A DNA stretch of 64,000 bases from the human T2T-CHM13v2.0 reference genome, Homo sapiens. The position numbers were made by a program, and so were the translations under genes. The DNA is taken from NCBI RefSeq assembly GCF_009914755.1, contig NC_060938.1; one strand, written 5' to 3'. The notes beneath the pieces are model-generated. The model was not told the DNA's origin, searched no databases, and was given only the letters and a program-made list of their open reading frames with translations. Position 1 is the stretch's first letter; every line of letters begins with the position of its first letter. Shown here one piece after another: positions 20,247 to 34,900 of the stretch.

Positions 20247-23200
20247 ACAAAGAGAGAGTTTCAAAACTGCTCAATCAAAAGAAAGTTTTAACTCTGTGAG
20301 ATGAATACACACATCACAAAGAAGTTTCTCAGTTTGCTTCTGTCTACAAATTATGTGAAGATATTTCCTTTTCTACCATAGGCCACAAAGCGCTCCAAAT
20401 ATCCACTTGCAGATTCTACAAAAAGAGTGTTTTGAAAGTGCTCAATCAAAAGAAAGGTTCAACTTTGTGAGAAGAAAGCATGCATCACAAACAAATTTGT
20501 CATATAGCTTCTGTATAGATTTTATGTGAGGGTATTTCGTTTTCTAACATAGGCCACAAAGACCTCCAAATATCCACTTGCAGATTCTACAAAAAGAGAG
20601 TTTCAAAACTGCTCTATCAAAAGAATGGTTAAAATCTGTGACTTGAATGCACGCATAACAACGAAGTTTCCCAGAAAGCTTCTGTGTAGTTTTTATCTGA
20701 AGATATTTTCTTTTCCAAAATAGACCACAAAGCCCGTCAAATTTTCACTTCCAGGTTCTACAAAAAAAGTGTTTCCAAATTACTCAGTCAATAGAAAGAT
20801 TCAACCCTTTGTGATGAATGCACTCATCACAAAGATGTTTCCCAGAATGATTCTGTGTAGTTTTTATTTGAAGATATTTCCTTTTCCAACGTAGGCTGCA
20901 AAGGGCTCCAAAATTCCACCTGCAGTTGCTACAAAAGGAGAGATTCAAAACTGCTCAATCAAAAGATAGTTTCACATCTGTCAGTTGAATGCACACATCA
21001 CAAAGAAGTTTCTCAGAATGCCTCTGTGTAGTTTTTATGTGAAGATATTTCCTTTTCCACAATAGGCCTCAAATTGCTCCAAATATCCAATTAGAGATTC
21101 TACAAAAAGAGAGATTCAAAACTGCTCAATCAAAAGATAGGTTCAACTCTGTCAGTTGAATGCACACATCACAAAGAAGTTTCTCAGAATGCCTCTGTGT
21201 AGTTTTTATGTGAAGATATTTCCTTTTCCACAATAGGCCACAAAACACTCCAAATATCCACTTGCAGATTATGCAAAAAGAGAGATTCAAAACTGTTCAA
21301 TCAAAAGATGAGTTTAACTCTGTGAGTTGAATGCACACCTCACAACAAAGTTTCTCATAATGCTTCTGTGTAATTTTTATTTGAAAATATTTGCTTTTCC
21401 ACAGTAGGCCTCAAAGCGATACAAATATCCACTTGCAGATTCTGCAAAAAGAGAGATTCAAAACTGCTCAATCAAAAGATAGGCTCAACTCTGTGTGTTG
21501 AATGCATACATAACAAAGGAGTTTCTCCGAATAATTCTGTGCAGTTTTTATGTTAAGATATTTCCTTTTCCAAAATAGGCCTCAAAGCCCTCCAAATATC
21601 CACTTCCAGATTCTACGAAAAGAGTGTTTCAAAACTGCTCAATCAAAAGAAACTTTCAACTCTGTGTGATGAATGCACTTAACACAAAGAAGTTTTTCAG
21701 AATGCTTATGTGTAGTTTTTATTTGAAGATATTACCTTTTTCAGCACAGGGTGCAAAGAGCTCCAAATATCCACTTCCACATTCTACAAACGGAGAGATT
21801 GAAAACTGCTCAATCAAAAAATTCGTTCAACACTGTGAGTTGAATGAACACATAACAGAGAAGTTTGTCAGAATGCTTCTGTGTAGTTTTTATGTGGATA
21901 TGTTTCCTCTTCCACCTTAGGCCACAAAGGACAACAAATATCCACCTGCAGATTCTACAGAAACAGAGTTTCAAATCTGCTCATTCAAAAGATGGGATCA
22001 ACTCTGTGACTTGAATGCACACTTCACAAAGAAATGCCTCTGAATGCTTCTATGTAGTTTTTATGTGAAGATATTTAATTTTCCATAATAGGCCACAAAA
22101 CACTCCAAATATCCAATTGAATGTTCTACAAAAAGTGTGTTTCCAAATTGCTGAATAAAAAGGAAGGTTCACCTCTGTGAGAGGAATGCGCACATCACAA
22201 AGCAGTTTCTCAGAATGCTTCTGTGAAGTTTTTATGTGAAGATATTTCCTTTTCCAAAATAGGCCTCAAAGCACTCCAAATATCCTCTTTCAGATTCTAC
22301 AAAAAGAGGGTTTCAAAGCTGCTCAATCGAATGAAAGTTTCACAGCTGTGAGATGAATGCACACATCACAAATGAGTTTCTCAGAATGCTTCTGTGTAGT
22401 TTTTATGTGAAGATATTTCCTTTTCCACCATAGGACGCAAAGGGCTCCCAATATCCACTTGCAGATTCGACACAGAGTTTCAAAACTGCTCTATCAAAAG
22501 ATAAGTTCAACTCTGTGAGTTGAATGCACACACCACAAAGAAGTTTCTCAGAATGCTTCTGTAGAGTTTTTATATGAAGATGTTCCTTTTCCACCATAGG
22601 CTTCAAAGTGCTCCAAATATCCACTTGCAGATTCAACAAAAAGAGGGTTTCCAAATTGCTCAATCAAAAGAAAAGTTTAACTTGTGAGATGAATGCACAC
22701 ATCACAAAGAAGTTTCTCAGAATGCTTCTGTGAAGTTTTTGTGTGAAGATATTTCCTTTTCCACCATAGGCCTCAAAGAGCTCCAAATATCCACCTGCAG
22801 ATTCTACAAAAAGAGTGTTTCAAAACTGCTAAATCCAAAGAAAGCTTCAACTCTGTGAGATGAATGCACACATCAGACAGAAGTTTCTCAGAATGCTTCT
22901 GTGTAGATTTATGTGAAGACATTTCCTTTTCCATAACAGGCCTCAAAGCACTCCAAATATCCACTTGCAGATTCTGCAAAAAGAGTGTTTCCGAACTGCT
23001 CAATGAAAACAAAGTTTCAACTCTGTGAGATGAATGCACACATCACAACAGAGATTCTCAGAATGCTTCTGTGCAGTTGTTAGGTGAAGATATTTCCTTT
23101 TCCAACATAGTCCTCAAAGCGCTGCAACTATCCACATGCAGATTCTACAAAAGTGAGTTTCAAAACTGCTCTATCAAAAGATAGCTTCAACTGTAAGAGT

Positions 23201-23420
23201 TGAATGCACACATCACAAAGAAGTTTCTCAGAATGCTTCTGTGTAGTTTTTATGTGAAGATGTTTCCTTTTCCACCATAGGCCTCAAAGCTCTCCTAATA
23301 TCCACTTGCAGATTGTACAAAAAGATTGTTTCAAAACTGCTCATTCAAATGAAAGTTTCAACTCTGTGAGATGAATGCCCACATCACAAAGAAATTTCTC
23401 AGAATGCTTCTGTGTAGTTT
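20247..23420 (-). repeat. Alpha satellite, reverse orientation (about two layer-X-like monomers, then layer Y)
   Basis: Reverse-complement alphoid motifs (CACATCACAAAGAAGTTTCTCAGAATGCTTCTGTGTAG) begin right after the strand switch. Confidence 0.97.
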
Positions 23421-24796
<1,376 letters not shown>

Positions 24797-27700
24797 ATGC
24801 TTCTATGTAGTTTATATGTGAAGATATTACCTTTTCCACCTTAGGCTGCAAATGGCTCCAAATATCCACATGCAGATGCTACAAAAAGAGAGTTTCAAAA
24901 CTGCTCTATCAAAAGATAGGTTCAATTTCACAGTTGAATGCACACATCAAAAAGAAGTTTCTCAGAATTCTTCTGTGAAATTTTTATGTGAAGATAGTTC
25001 ATTTTCCAACATAGGCCTCGAAGCGCTTCAAATATCCACTTGCAGCTTCTACAAAAAGAGTGTGTCAAAACTGTGCAATCAAATGAAATGTTCAATTCTG
25101 TGAGATGAATGCACACATCACAAGAAATTTCTCACAATGTTTCTGTGTAATTTTTTTGTGGAGATAATTCCTTTTCCATAATAGTCCTCAAAGCACTCCA
25201 AATATCCACCCGCAGGTTCTACAAAAAGACTGTTTCAAAACTGCTCAATCAAAAGAGAGGTTCAACTATGTGATATGAATGCAAACATCACAAAGAAGTT
25301 TCTCAGAGTGCTTCTTTATAGTTTTTATGTGAAAATATTTCCTTTTCCACAATAGGCCTCAAAGCACTTCAAATATCCACTTGCAGATGCCTTACAAAGA
25401 GTGTTTCAAAACTGCTGTCTCAAAACATAGGTTCAACATTTTGAGTTGAATGTTCACATGACAAAGAAGTTTCTCAGAATGCTTCTGTGTAGTTTTAATT
25501 GGAAGACATTTCCTTTTGCCCAAAAGGCTGCAAAGGGCTCCAAATACCCACTTGCACATTCTACAAAAAGAGAGTTTCAAAACTGCTCTATCAAAAGATA
25601 GGTTCAACTCTGTGAGATGAATGCACACATCACAAAGAAGTGTCTCAGAATGCTTCTGTGTAGTTTTTATGTGAAGATATTTCCGTTTCCACCATAGGCT
25701 GCAAAGGGCTCCAAATATCCACTTGCAGATTCTACAAAAAGAGAGTTTCAAAACTGCTCAATCAAATGAACGGTTCATCTCTGTGAAATGAAGGCACACA
25801 TCGCAAAGAAGTTTCTCAGAATTCTTCTGTGTAGTTTTTATGTTAAGATATTTCCTTTTCCACAATAGGCCACAAAGTGCTCCAAATATCGACTTGCAGT
25901 TTCCACAAAAAGAAAGTTTCAAAACTGCTCTATCAAAAGACAGGTTCAACTCTGTGAGTTGAATGCAAACATCACGAAGAAGTTTCTCAGAATCTTTCTG
26001 TGTAGTTTTTATGTTAAGATATTTCCTTTTCCACCATAGGCTGCAAAGGAATCCAAATATCCACTTGCAGATTCTACAAAAAGAGAGTTTCAAAGCTGCT
26101 CTATTAAAAGATATGTTCAACTCTGTGAGTTGAATGCACACATCACAAAGAGGTTTCTCAGAATGCTTCTGTGTAGTTTTTATGTGAAGACATTTCCTTT
26201 TCCACAATAGGCCGCAAAGTGCTCCAAATATCGACTTGCAGTTTCCACAAAAAGAAAGTTTCAAAACTGCTCTATCAAAAGACAGGTTCAACTCTGTGAG
26301 TTGAATGCAAACATCACAAAGAAGTTTCTCCGAATACTTCTGTCTAGTTTTTATGTTAAGATATTTCCTTTTCCACCATAGGCCGCAAAGGAATCCAAAT
26401 ATCCACTTGCAAATTGTACAAAAAGAGAGTTTCAAGACTGCTCAATCAAAAGATAGGTTCAATTCTGAATGTTGAATGCACACATCACAAAGAACTTTCT
26501 TATAATGCTTCTGTGTATTTTTTATGTGTAGATATTAACTTTTCCATCATAGTCCTCAAAGTGCTCCAAATATCCACTTGCAGATTCTACAGAAAGAGTG
26601 TTTCAAAACTGATCAATCAAAAGAAAGGTTCAACTTTGTTAGATGAATGCACACAAAACAAAGAAGTTTCTGGGAATGCTTCTGTGTAGTTCTTACTTAA
26701 GGACATAGCCTTTTCCACAATAAGCCTCAAAGCAATCAAAATATCCACTTGCAGATTCTACAAAAAAAGTGTTTCAAAACTGCTCAATCAAAGGAAAGAT
26801 TCATCTCTGTGAATTGAATGCACACATCACAAAGAAGTTTCTCAGAATCCTTCTCTGTAGTTTTCATGTTAAGATATATTCTTTTCCACTATAGGCCACA
26901 AAGGGCTCCAAATGTCCACTTGCAGATTCTACAAAAAGAGTGTTTCAAAACTACTCTATCAAAAGATAGGTTCAACTCTGTGAGATGAATGCACACATCA
27001 CAAAGTAGTTTCTCAGAATGCTTCTGTGTAGTTTTTATGTGAAGATATTTCCTTTTTCACCATTGGCCAAAAAGGGCTCAAAATAACCACTTGCAGATTC
27101 TACAAAAAGAGAGTTTCAAGACTGCTCTATCAAAAGATAGGTTAATCTCTGCGAGTTGAATGCATACATCACAAATTGATTTCTCAGAATGCTTCTGTGT
27201 GGTTTTTAATTGAAGATATTTCCTTTTCCACCATAGACCTCAAAATGCTCCAAGTATCCACTTGCAGATTCTATGAAAAGAGTGTTTCAAAACTGCTCAA
27301 TCAAAAGAAAGTTTCAACCCTGTGAGATGAAGGCACACATCGCAAAGAAGTTTCTGAGAATGCTTCTGTGTAGTTTTTTGGGAAGATATTTCCTTTTCCA
27401 CGATAGGCCTCAGTGCGATGCAAATATCCACCTGCAGATTCTACAAAAAGAGTGTTTCAAAACTACTCTATCAAAAGAAAGTTTCAACTCCGTGAGATGA
27501 ATGTACACATCACAAAAATGTTTCTCAGAATGCTTATGTGTAGTTTTTATGAGAAGATATTTCCTTTTCAGCTATGGGCCTGAAAGCGCTCCAAATATCC
27601 ATTTGCAGATAATGTGTAAAGAGAGATTCAAGACTGCTCTATGAAAAGATACGTTCAACTCTGTGAGTTGAATGCATACTTCACAAAAATTTTCTCAGAA

Positions 27701-28297
27701 AGCTTCAGTGTAGTTTTTATGTGAAGATATTTCCTTTTCCAACATAGGACTCAAAGTGCTCCAAATATCCACTTGCAGATTATACAAAAAGAGTGTTTCA
27801 ACGCTGCTCAATCAATTGAAAGTTTCAAATATGTGAGACGAATGCACACATCCGAAAGAAGTTTCTCAGAATGCTTTTGTGTAGCTTTATGTGAAGATAT
27901 TTCCTTTTGAACAATAGGCCTCAAAACATTCATATATCCACTTGCAGATTCTTTAAGAAGAGTGTTTCTAAACTGCTCAATCAAAAGAGAGGTTCAACTT
28001 CGTGAGTTGAATCCACACATCAAAAAGAAGTTTCTCAGAAAGCTTCTGTGTAGTTCTTATGTGAAGATATTTCCTTTTCCACCATAAGCCACAAAGGGCT
28101 CCATATATCCAATTGCAGATTCTACAAAAAGAGTTTCAAAACCGCTCTGTCAGAAGATAGGTTCAAGTCTGTCAGTTGAATGCACACATCACAAAGGAGT
28201 TTCTCAGAATGCTTCTGTGTAGTTTTTATGAGAAGATATTTCCTTTTCCATCATAGGCCTCAAAGTGTTCAAATTATCCACTTGCAGATTCTACAAA
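24797..28297 (-). repeat. Alpha satellite, layer Y
   Basis: Monomers with CTTCTGTGTAGTTTTT, AAATATCCACTTGC and AAAAGATAGGTTCAAC. Confidence 0.97.
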
Positions 28298-28987
28298 AGA
28301 ATGGCAATCATTAAAAAGTCAGGAAACAAGAGGTGCTGGAGAGGATGTGGGGAAATAGGAACACTTTTACACTGTTGGTGGGACTGTAAACTAGTTCAAC
28401 CATTATGGAAGTCAGTGTGGCGATTCCTCAGTGATCTAAAACTAGAAATACCATTTGACCCAGTCATCCCATTACTGGGTGTATACCCAAAGGAATATAA
28501 ATCATGCTGCTATAAAGACACATGCACACGTATGTTTATTGTGGCGTTATTCACCATAGCAAAGACTTGGAACCAACCCAAACGTCCAACAATGATAGAC
28601 TGGATTAAGAAAATGTGGCACATATACACCATGGAATACTATGCAGCCATAAAAAGTAATGAGTTCATGTCCTTTGTAGGGACATGGATGAAATTGGAAA
28701 TCATCATTCTCAGTAAACTATCGCAAGAACAAAAAACCAGACACCACATATTCTCACTCATAGGTGGGAATTGAACAGTGAGATCACATGGACACAGGAA
28801 GGGGAATATCACACTCTGGGGACTGTTGTGGGGTGGGGTGAGGGGTGAGGGATAGCATTGGGAGATATACCTAATGCTAGATGACGAGTTAGTGGGTGCA
28901 GCGCACCAGCATGGCACATGTATACTTGTGTGACAAACCTGAACAATGAGCACATGTACCCTAAAACTTAAAGTATAATAAAAAAAA
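28298..28987 (+). mobile_element. LINE-1 L1PA3-like, 5'-truncated (~0.69 kb)
   Basis: ORF2 C-terminus (…HIFSLIGGN) plus 3'UTR (GCTAGATGACGAGTTAGTGGG, GACTGTTGTGGGG) and a short poly(A); probable short TSD AAAAGA(A) at ~28295-28301 and ~28984-28990. Confidence 0.93.
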
Positions 28988-31900
28988 GAAAGTTTCAAAA
29001 CTGCTGTATCACAAGATAGGTTCAACTCTGTGAGATGAATGCACACATCACAAAGAAGTTTCTCATAATGTTTCTGTGTAGTTTTTATGAGAAGATATTT
29101 ACTTTTCCATCATAGGCCTCAAAGCACTCCAATTATCCACTTGCAGATTCTACAAAAAGAGAGTTTCAAAATGCTCAATCAAAAGAAAGGTTGAACTCTG
29201 TGAGATGAATGTTCACATCAAAAAGAAGTTTCTCAGAATGCTTCTGTGTAGTTGTTATATGAAGATATTTCCTTTTCCACAATATGGCTCTGAGGGCTCC
29301 AAATATCCAGCTGCAGATTCTACTAAAACAGTGTTTCCAAACTGCTAAATCAAAATAAAGGTTCAACACTGTGAGATGAATGCACACATCACAAAGACGT
29401 TTCTGAGAAGGCTTCTGTGTAGTTTTTATATGAAGATATTTCCTTTTCCACAATAGGTCTCAAAGTGCTCCAAATATCCAATTGCAGATTTTACAAAAAG
29501 AGTGTTTCAGAACTGCCCAATCAAATGAAAAGTTCAGCTCTGTGAGATGAATGCACACATAACAAAGAAGTTTCTCAGAATGCTTCTCTGTAATTTTTAG
29601 GGAAAGATATTTCCTTTTCCACCATCGGCCACAAATGTCTCAAAATAACCACATGCAGATTCTATAAAAAGAGAGTTTCCAAACTGCTCTATCAAAAGAT
29701 AGGTTCAACTCTGCGAGTTGAATGCAAACATCACAAAGAAGTTTCACAGAATGCTTCTGGGTAGTTTCTATGTGAAGATATGTCCTTTTCCTCCATAGGC
29801 CTCAAAACGCTCTAAATATCCACTTGCAGATTCTACGAAAACAGTGTTTCAAAACTACTCAATCAAAAGAAAGCTTCAACTCTGTGAAATCAATGCACAC
29901 ATCACAAAGAATGTTCCCGGAATGCTTCTCTGCAGCTTTTAAGAGAATGTATTTCCTTTTCCACAGCAGGCAACAAAGGACTCCAAATATCCACTTGCAG
30001 ATTGTACAAAAAGAGAATTTCAACACGGCTCTATCGAAAGACAGGTTCAACTCTGTGATATGAATGCACACATCACAAAGTATTTTCTCAGAATGCTTCT
30101 GTGTAGTTTTTATGTGAAGATATTTCCTTTTCCACCATAGGCCTCAAAGTGCTCCAAATATCCACGTGCAGATTATACAAAAAGAGTGTTTCAAAACTGC
30201 TCAATGAAAAGAAATTTCAAGTCTGTGAGATGACTGCACTCAAAACAAAGAGCTTTCTGAGAAAGCTTCTGTGTAGCTTTTATGTGAAAGTATTCCCTTT
30301 TCCACAATAGGCCTCAACGCACTCCAAATATCCAATTGCAGATTCTACAAAAAGAGTGTTTCAAAACTGCTCAATCAACTGAAAGATTCAACTCTGTGAG
30401 TTGAATGCACACATCACAAAGAAGTTTCTCAGAATGCTTCTGTGCAGTTTTGATGTGAAGATATTTCCTATTCTACAACAGGCCGCAAAGGGCTCCAAAC
30501 ATCCACTTGCAGATTCTACAAAAAGAGAGTTTCAAAACTGCTCTATGAAAAGATAGGTTCAACTCTGTGAGCTGAATGTACACATCAGACAGATGTTTCT
30601 CAGAATGCTTCTGTGTAATGTTTATGAGAAGATATTTCCTTTTCTACAATAGGCAGCAAAGGGCTACAAATATCCTCTTGCAGATTCTACAAAAAGAGTT
30701 TCAAAACTGCTATATAAAAAGATAGGTTCAACACTATGAGATGAGTGCACACATCACAAAGAAGTTTCTCAGAATGTTTCTGCATAGTGTTTATATGAAG
30801 ATATTTCCTTTTCCACCATAAACCTCAAAGCACTCAAAATATCCACTTGCAGATTCTACAAAAAGAGTGTTTCAAAACGGCTCTATGAAATGAAAGTTTC
30901 AACTCTGTGAGATGAATGCACACATCACAAAGAAGTTTGTCAGCATGCTTCTGTGAAGTTTTTATATGAAGATATTTCCTTTTCCACCATAGGCCTCAAT
31001 GCACTCCTTGTATCCACTTGCAGCTTCTACAAAAAGATTTTCAAAAATGCTCAATGAATTGAAAGGTGCAACTCTGTGCGATGAATGCACACATCACAAA
31101 GAATTTTCACAGAATGCTTCTGTGTAGTTTTTCTGTGAAGATATTTCCTTTTCCACAATAGGCCTCAAAGCGCTTCATATATCTACTTGCAGATTCTACA
31201 AAAAGAGTGTTTCCAAGCTGCTCAATCAAAAGAGAGTTTCACCTCTGTGAGATGAATGCCCACAATAATAGAAGTTTCTCTGAATGCTTCTGTGTGCTTT
31301 TTATGTGAAGATGTTGCCATTTCCACCAAAGGCCCCAAAGGGCTCCAAATATCCACTTGCAGATTGTACAAAAAGAGAGCTTCAAAACTGCCCTATCAAA
31401 AGATATGTTCAACTCTGTGTGTTGAATGCACACACGACAAAGAACTTTCTCAGAATGCTCCTGTGTAGTTTTTTTGTTAAGATATTTCCTTTTTCTCTAT
31501 ACTCTGCAAAGGGCTCTTAATATCCGCTTGCAGATTCTACAAAAAGGAGGTTTCCAAACTGCTCTAACAAAAGATAGGTTCAACTCTTTGAGTTGAATGC
31601 TCACATCACAAAGAAGTTTCTCAGATTGCTTCACTGTAGTTTTTATGTGAAGATATTTCCTCTTCCAACATAGGCATCAAAGGGCTCCAAATATCCACTT
31701 ACAGATTCTACAAAAAGAGAGTTCCAAAACGGCTCTATAAAAAGATAGGTTGAACTCTGTCAGTTGAATGCACACATCACAAAGAAGTTTCTCAGAAAGC
31801 TTCTGTGTTGTTTTTATGTGAAGATATTTCCTTTTCCACCATAGGCCTCACAGCGCTCCAAATATCCCATTGCAGATTCTACTCAAAGAGTGTTTCAAAA

Positions 31901-34900
31901 GTGCTCAATCAAAAGAAACGTTCAAATTTTTGAGATGAATGCACATATCACAACGAAGTTTCTCAGAATGCTTCTGTGTGGTTTTTGTGTGAAGATATTT
32001 CCTTTTCCATCATAGGTGCAAATGGCTCCAAATATCCACTTGCAGATTCTACCAAAAGAGAGTTTCAAAACTGCTCTATCAAGAGACTGCTTCAACACTG
32101 TGAGTTGAATGCAAACATCACAAAAAAGTTTCTCAGAATGCTTCTATGTAGTTTTTATGTGAAGATTTTTTTTTCCACCTTAGGCCAAAAATAGCTTCAG
32201 ATATCTACTTGAAGATTCTACAAAAAGAGAATTTCAAAACTGCTGTATCAAAAGATAGGATCAACACTGTGAATTGAATGCACACATCACAAAAAGTTTC
32301 TCAGAATGCTTCTGTGTAGTTTTTATGTGAAGATATTTCCTTTTCCACCATTGGCCACAAACGGCTCCAAATATCCAGTTGCAGATTCTACAAAAAGAGT
32401 TTCAAAACTGCTCTATCAAAAGATAGGTTCAACTATGTGAGTTCAATTCACACATCACTAAGAAGTTTTTCAGAACGCTTCTGTTTAGTTTTTAGGGGAA
32501 GATATTTCTTTTTCCACAATAGGACTCAAAACGCTCCAAATATCCAATTGCAGATTCTACAAAAAGAGTGTCTCAATACTGCTCAATCAAAACAAAGGTT
32601 CTACCCTAAGAGGAATGGACACATCACAAAGAAGTTTCTCAGAATGCTTCTGTGTAATTTTTATGTGAAGATATTTCCTTTTCCACAAGAGGCCTCAACG
32701 TGCTCAAATACCACTTGCAGATTCTACAAAAAGAGTGTTTCAAAACTGCTCAGTCTAAAGAAAGGATCAACCCTGTGACAAAAATGCACACAAAACAAAG
32801 AAGTGTCTCAGAATCCTTCTGTGTAGTTTGTATGTGAAGATGTTACCTTTTCCACATTAGGCGATAAAACACTCCAAATTTCCAATTGCAGATTCTACAA
32901 AAAGAGTGTTTCAAAACTACTCAATCAAATGAAAGGTTCAACTCTGTGAGCTGAATGTATACATCACAAGGAAGTTTCTCAGAATGTTTCTGTAGTTTTT
33001 AGAGGAAGATATTTCTTTTTCCACCATTGGCCACAATGGGCTCCAAATAATCACACACAGATTCTACAAAAAGACTGTTTCAAAATTGCTATATCAAAAG
33101 ATCGGTAAAATGCTGCGAGTTGAATGCACACATCACAAAGAAATTTCTCGGAATACTTCTGTGTAGTTTTTATGTGAAGATATATCCCTTTCCACCATAG
33201 GCCTCAAAGCGCTCCATATATCCACTTGCAGATTCTGTGAAAAAAGTGTCTCAAATCTGTTCAAACAATACAAAATTTAACACTGTGAGATGAATGCACA
33301 CATTACAAAGAATTTTCCCAGAATACTTCTGTGTAGTTTTTAGGGGAACATATTTCCTTTTCCTCCATTGGCCACAAAGGGCTCCAAGCAACCACATGCA
33401 GATTTTACAAAAAGAAAGTTCCAAAACTGCTCAATCAAAAGAAATATTCAACTCTGTGAGATGAATGCACACATCAGAACGAAGTTTCTCAGAATGCTTC
33501 TGTGTTGTTTTTATGTGAAGATATTCCCTTTTCCACCATAGGCCTCTAAGTGCACCAACTATACACTTCCAGATTCTACAAAAAGAGTGTTTTAAAACTG
33601 CTCAATCAAAAGAAAGTATCAACTCTGTGAGGAAATGCACACATCACAAAGAAGTTTCTCAGAATGATTCTGTGTAGTTTTTAAGTGAAGGTATTTACTT
33701 TTATACAATAGGGCTCCAAGGGCTCCAAATGTTCACTTGCATTTCTACTGAAAGAATTTTCCCAAACTGCTCAATCAAAAGAATGGTTCAACTGTGTGAG
33801 ATGAGTGCACACATCACAAAGAAGTTTCTAAGCATGCTTTGTGTAGTTTTAGGGAAAGATATTTCCTTTTCCACCATTGGCCAAAAAGGGCTCCAAATAT
33901 CCACTTGCACATTTTACATAAAGACAGTTTCAAAACTGCTCTATCAAAAGACATATTACTCTGTGATTTGAATGCACACATCACAAAGAAGTTTCTCAGA
34001 ATGCTTCTCTGTAGTTTTTATGTTAAGATATTTCATTTTCCACAATAGACTTCAAAGTGCTCCAAATATCCACTTGAAGATTCCATGAAAAGAGTGTTTC
34101 CAAACTGCTCAATCAGAAGAAAGTTTCAACTCTGTGAGATGAATGCACAAATCACAACAAAGTTTCTCAAAATGCATCTGTGTAGTTTTTGTGTGAAGAT
34201 ATATCCTTTTCCACCATAGACCACAAAGGGCTCCAAATATCCACTTGCAGATTCTACAAAAAGAGAGTTTCAAAAGTGTTCAAAAAAAAGATAGGTTCAA
34301 CTCTGTCAGATGAATGCACACAAAACAAAGAAGTGTCTCAGAATCTTCTGTGTAGTTTGTATGTGAAGATATTACCTTTTCCACATTAGGTGACAAAGCG
34401 CTCCAAATTTCCAATTGCAGATTCTACAAAAAGAGTGTTTCAAAACTACTCAATCAAATGAAAGGTTCAACTCTGTGAGCTGAATATACACATCACAAAA
34501 AAGTTTCTCAGAATGTTTCTGTGTAGCTTTTAGAGAAAGACATTTCCTTTTCCACCATTGGCCACAAAGGGCTGCAAATAATCACACACAGATTCTACAA
34601 AAAGACTGTTTCAAAACTGCTATATGAAAAGATAAGTTCAACTTTGCAAGTTGAATGCACACATCACAAAGAAGTTTCTCAGAATCCTTCTGTGTAGTTT
34701 TTATGTGAAGGTATATTCCTTTCCACCATAGGCCTCAGAGCGCTCCATATATCCACTTGCAGATTCTGCGAAAAGAGTGTCTCAAAACTGCTCAAACAAT
34801 AGAAACTTTAACACCATGAGATGAATGCATACAAAACAAAGAAGTTTCTCAGAATGCTTCTGTGTAGTTTTTAGGGGTACATATTTCCTTTTCGTCCATT

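Noticed and set aside
25675-25700. Possible CENP-B box (GGTGGAAACGGAA on the minus strand)
   Set aside because: Lacks the essential TTCG and CGGG; it is a point variant of the pJalpha box.
25392-26435. 57-aa-periodic ORFs in alpha satellite
   Set aside because: 171 bp is divisible by 3, so chance stop-free monomers and a local duplication produce them.
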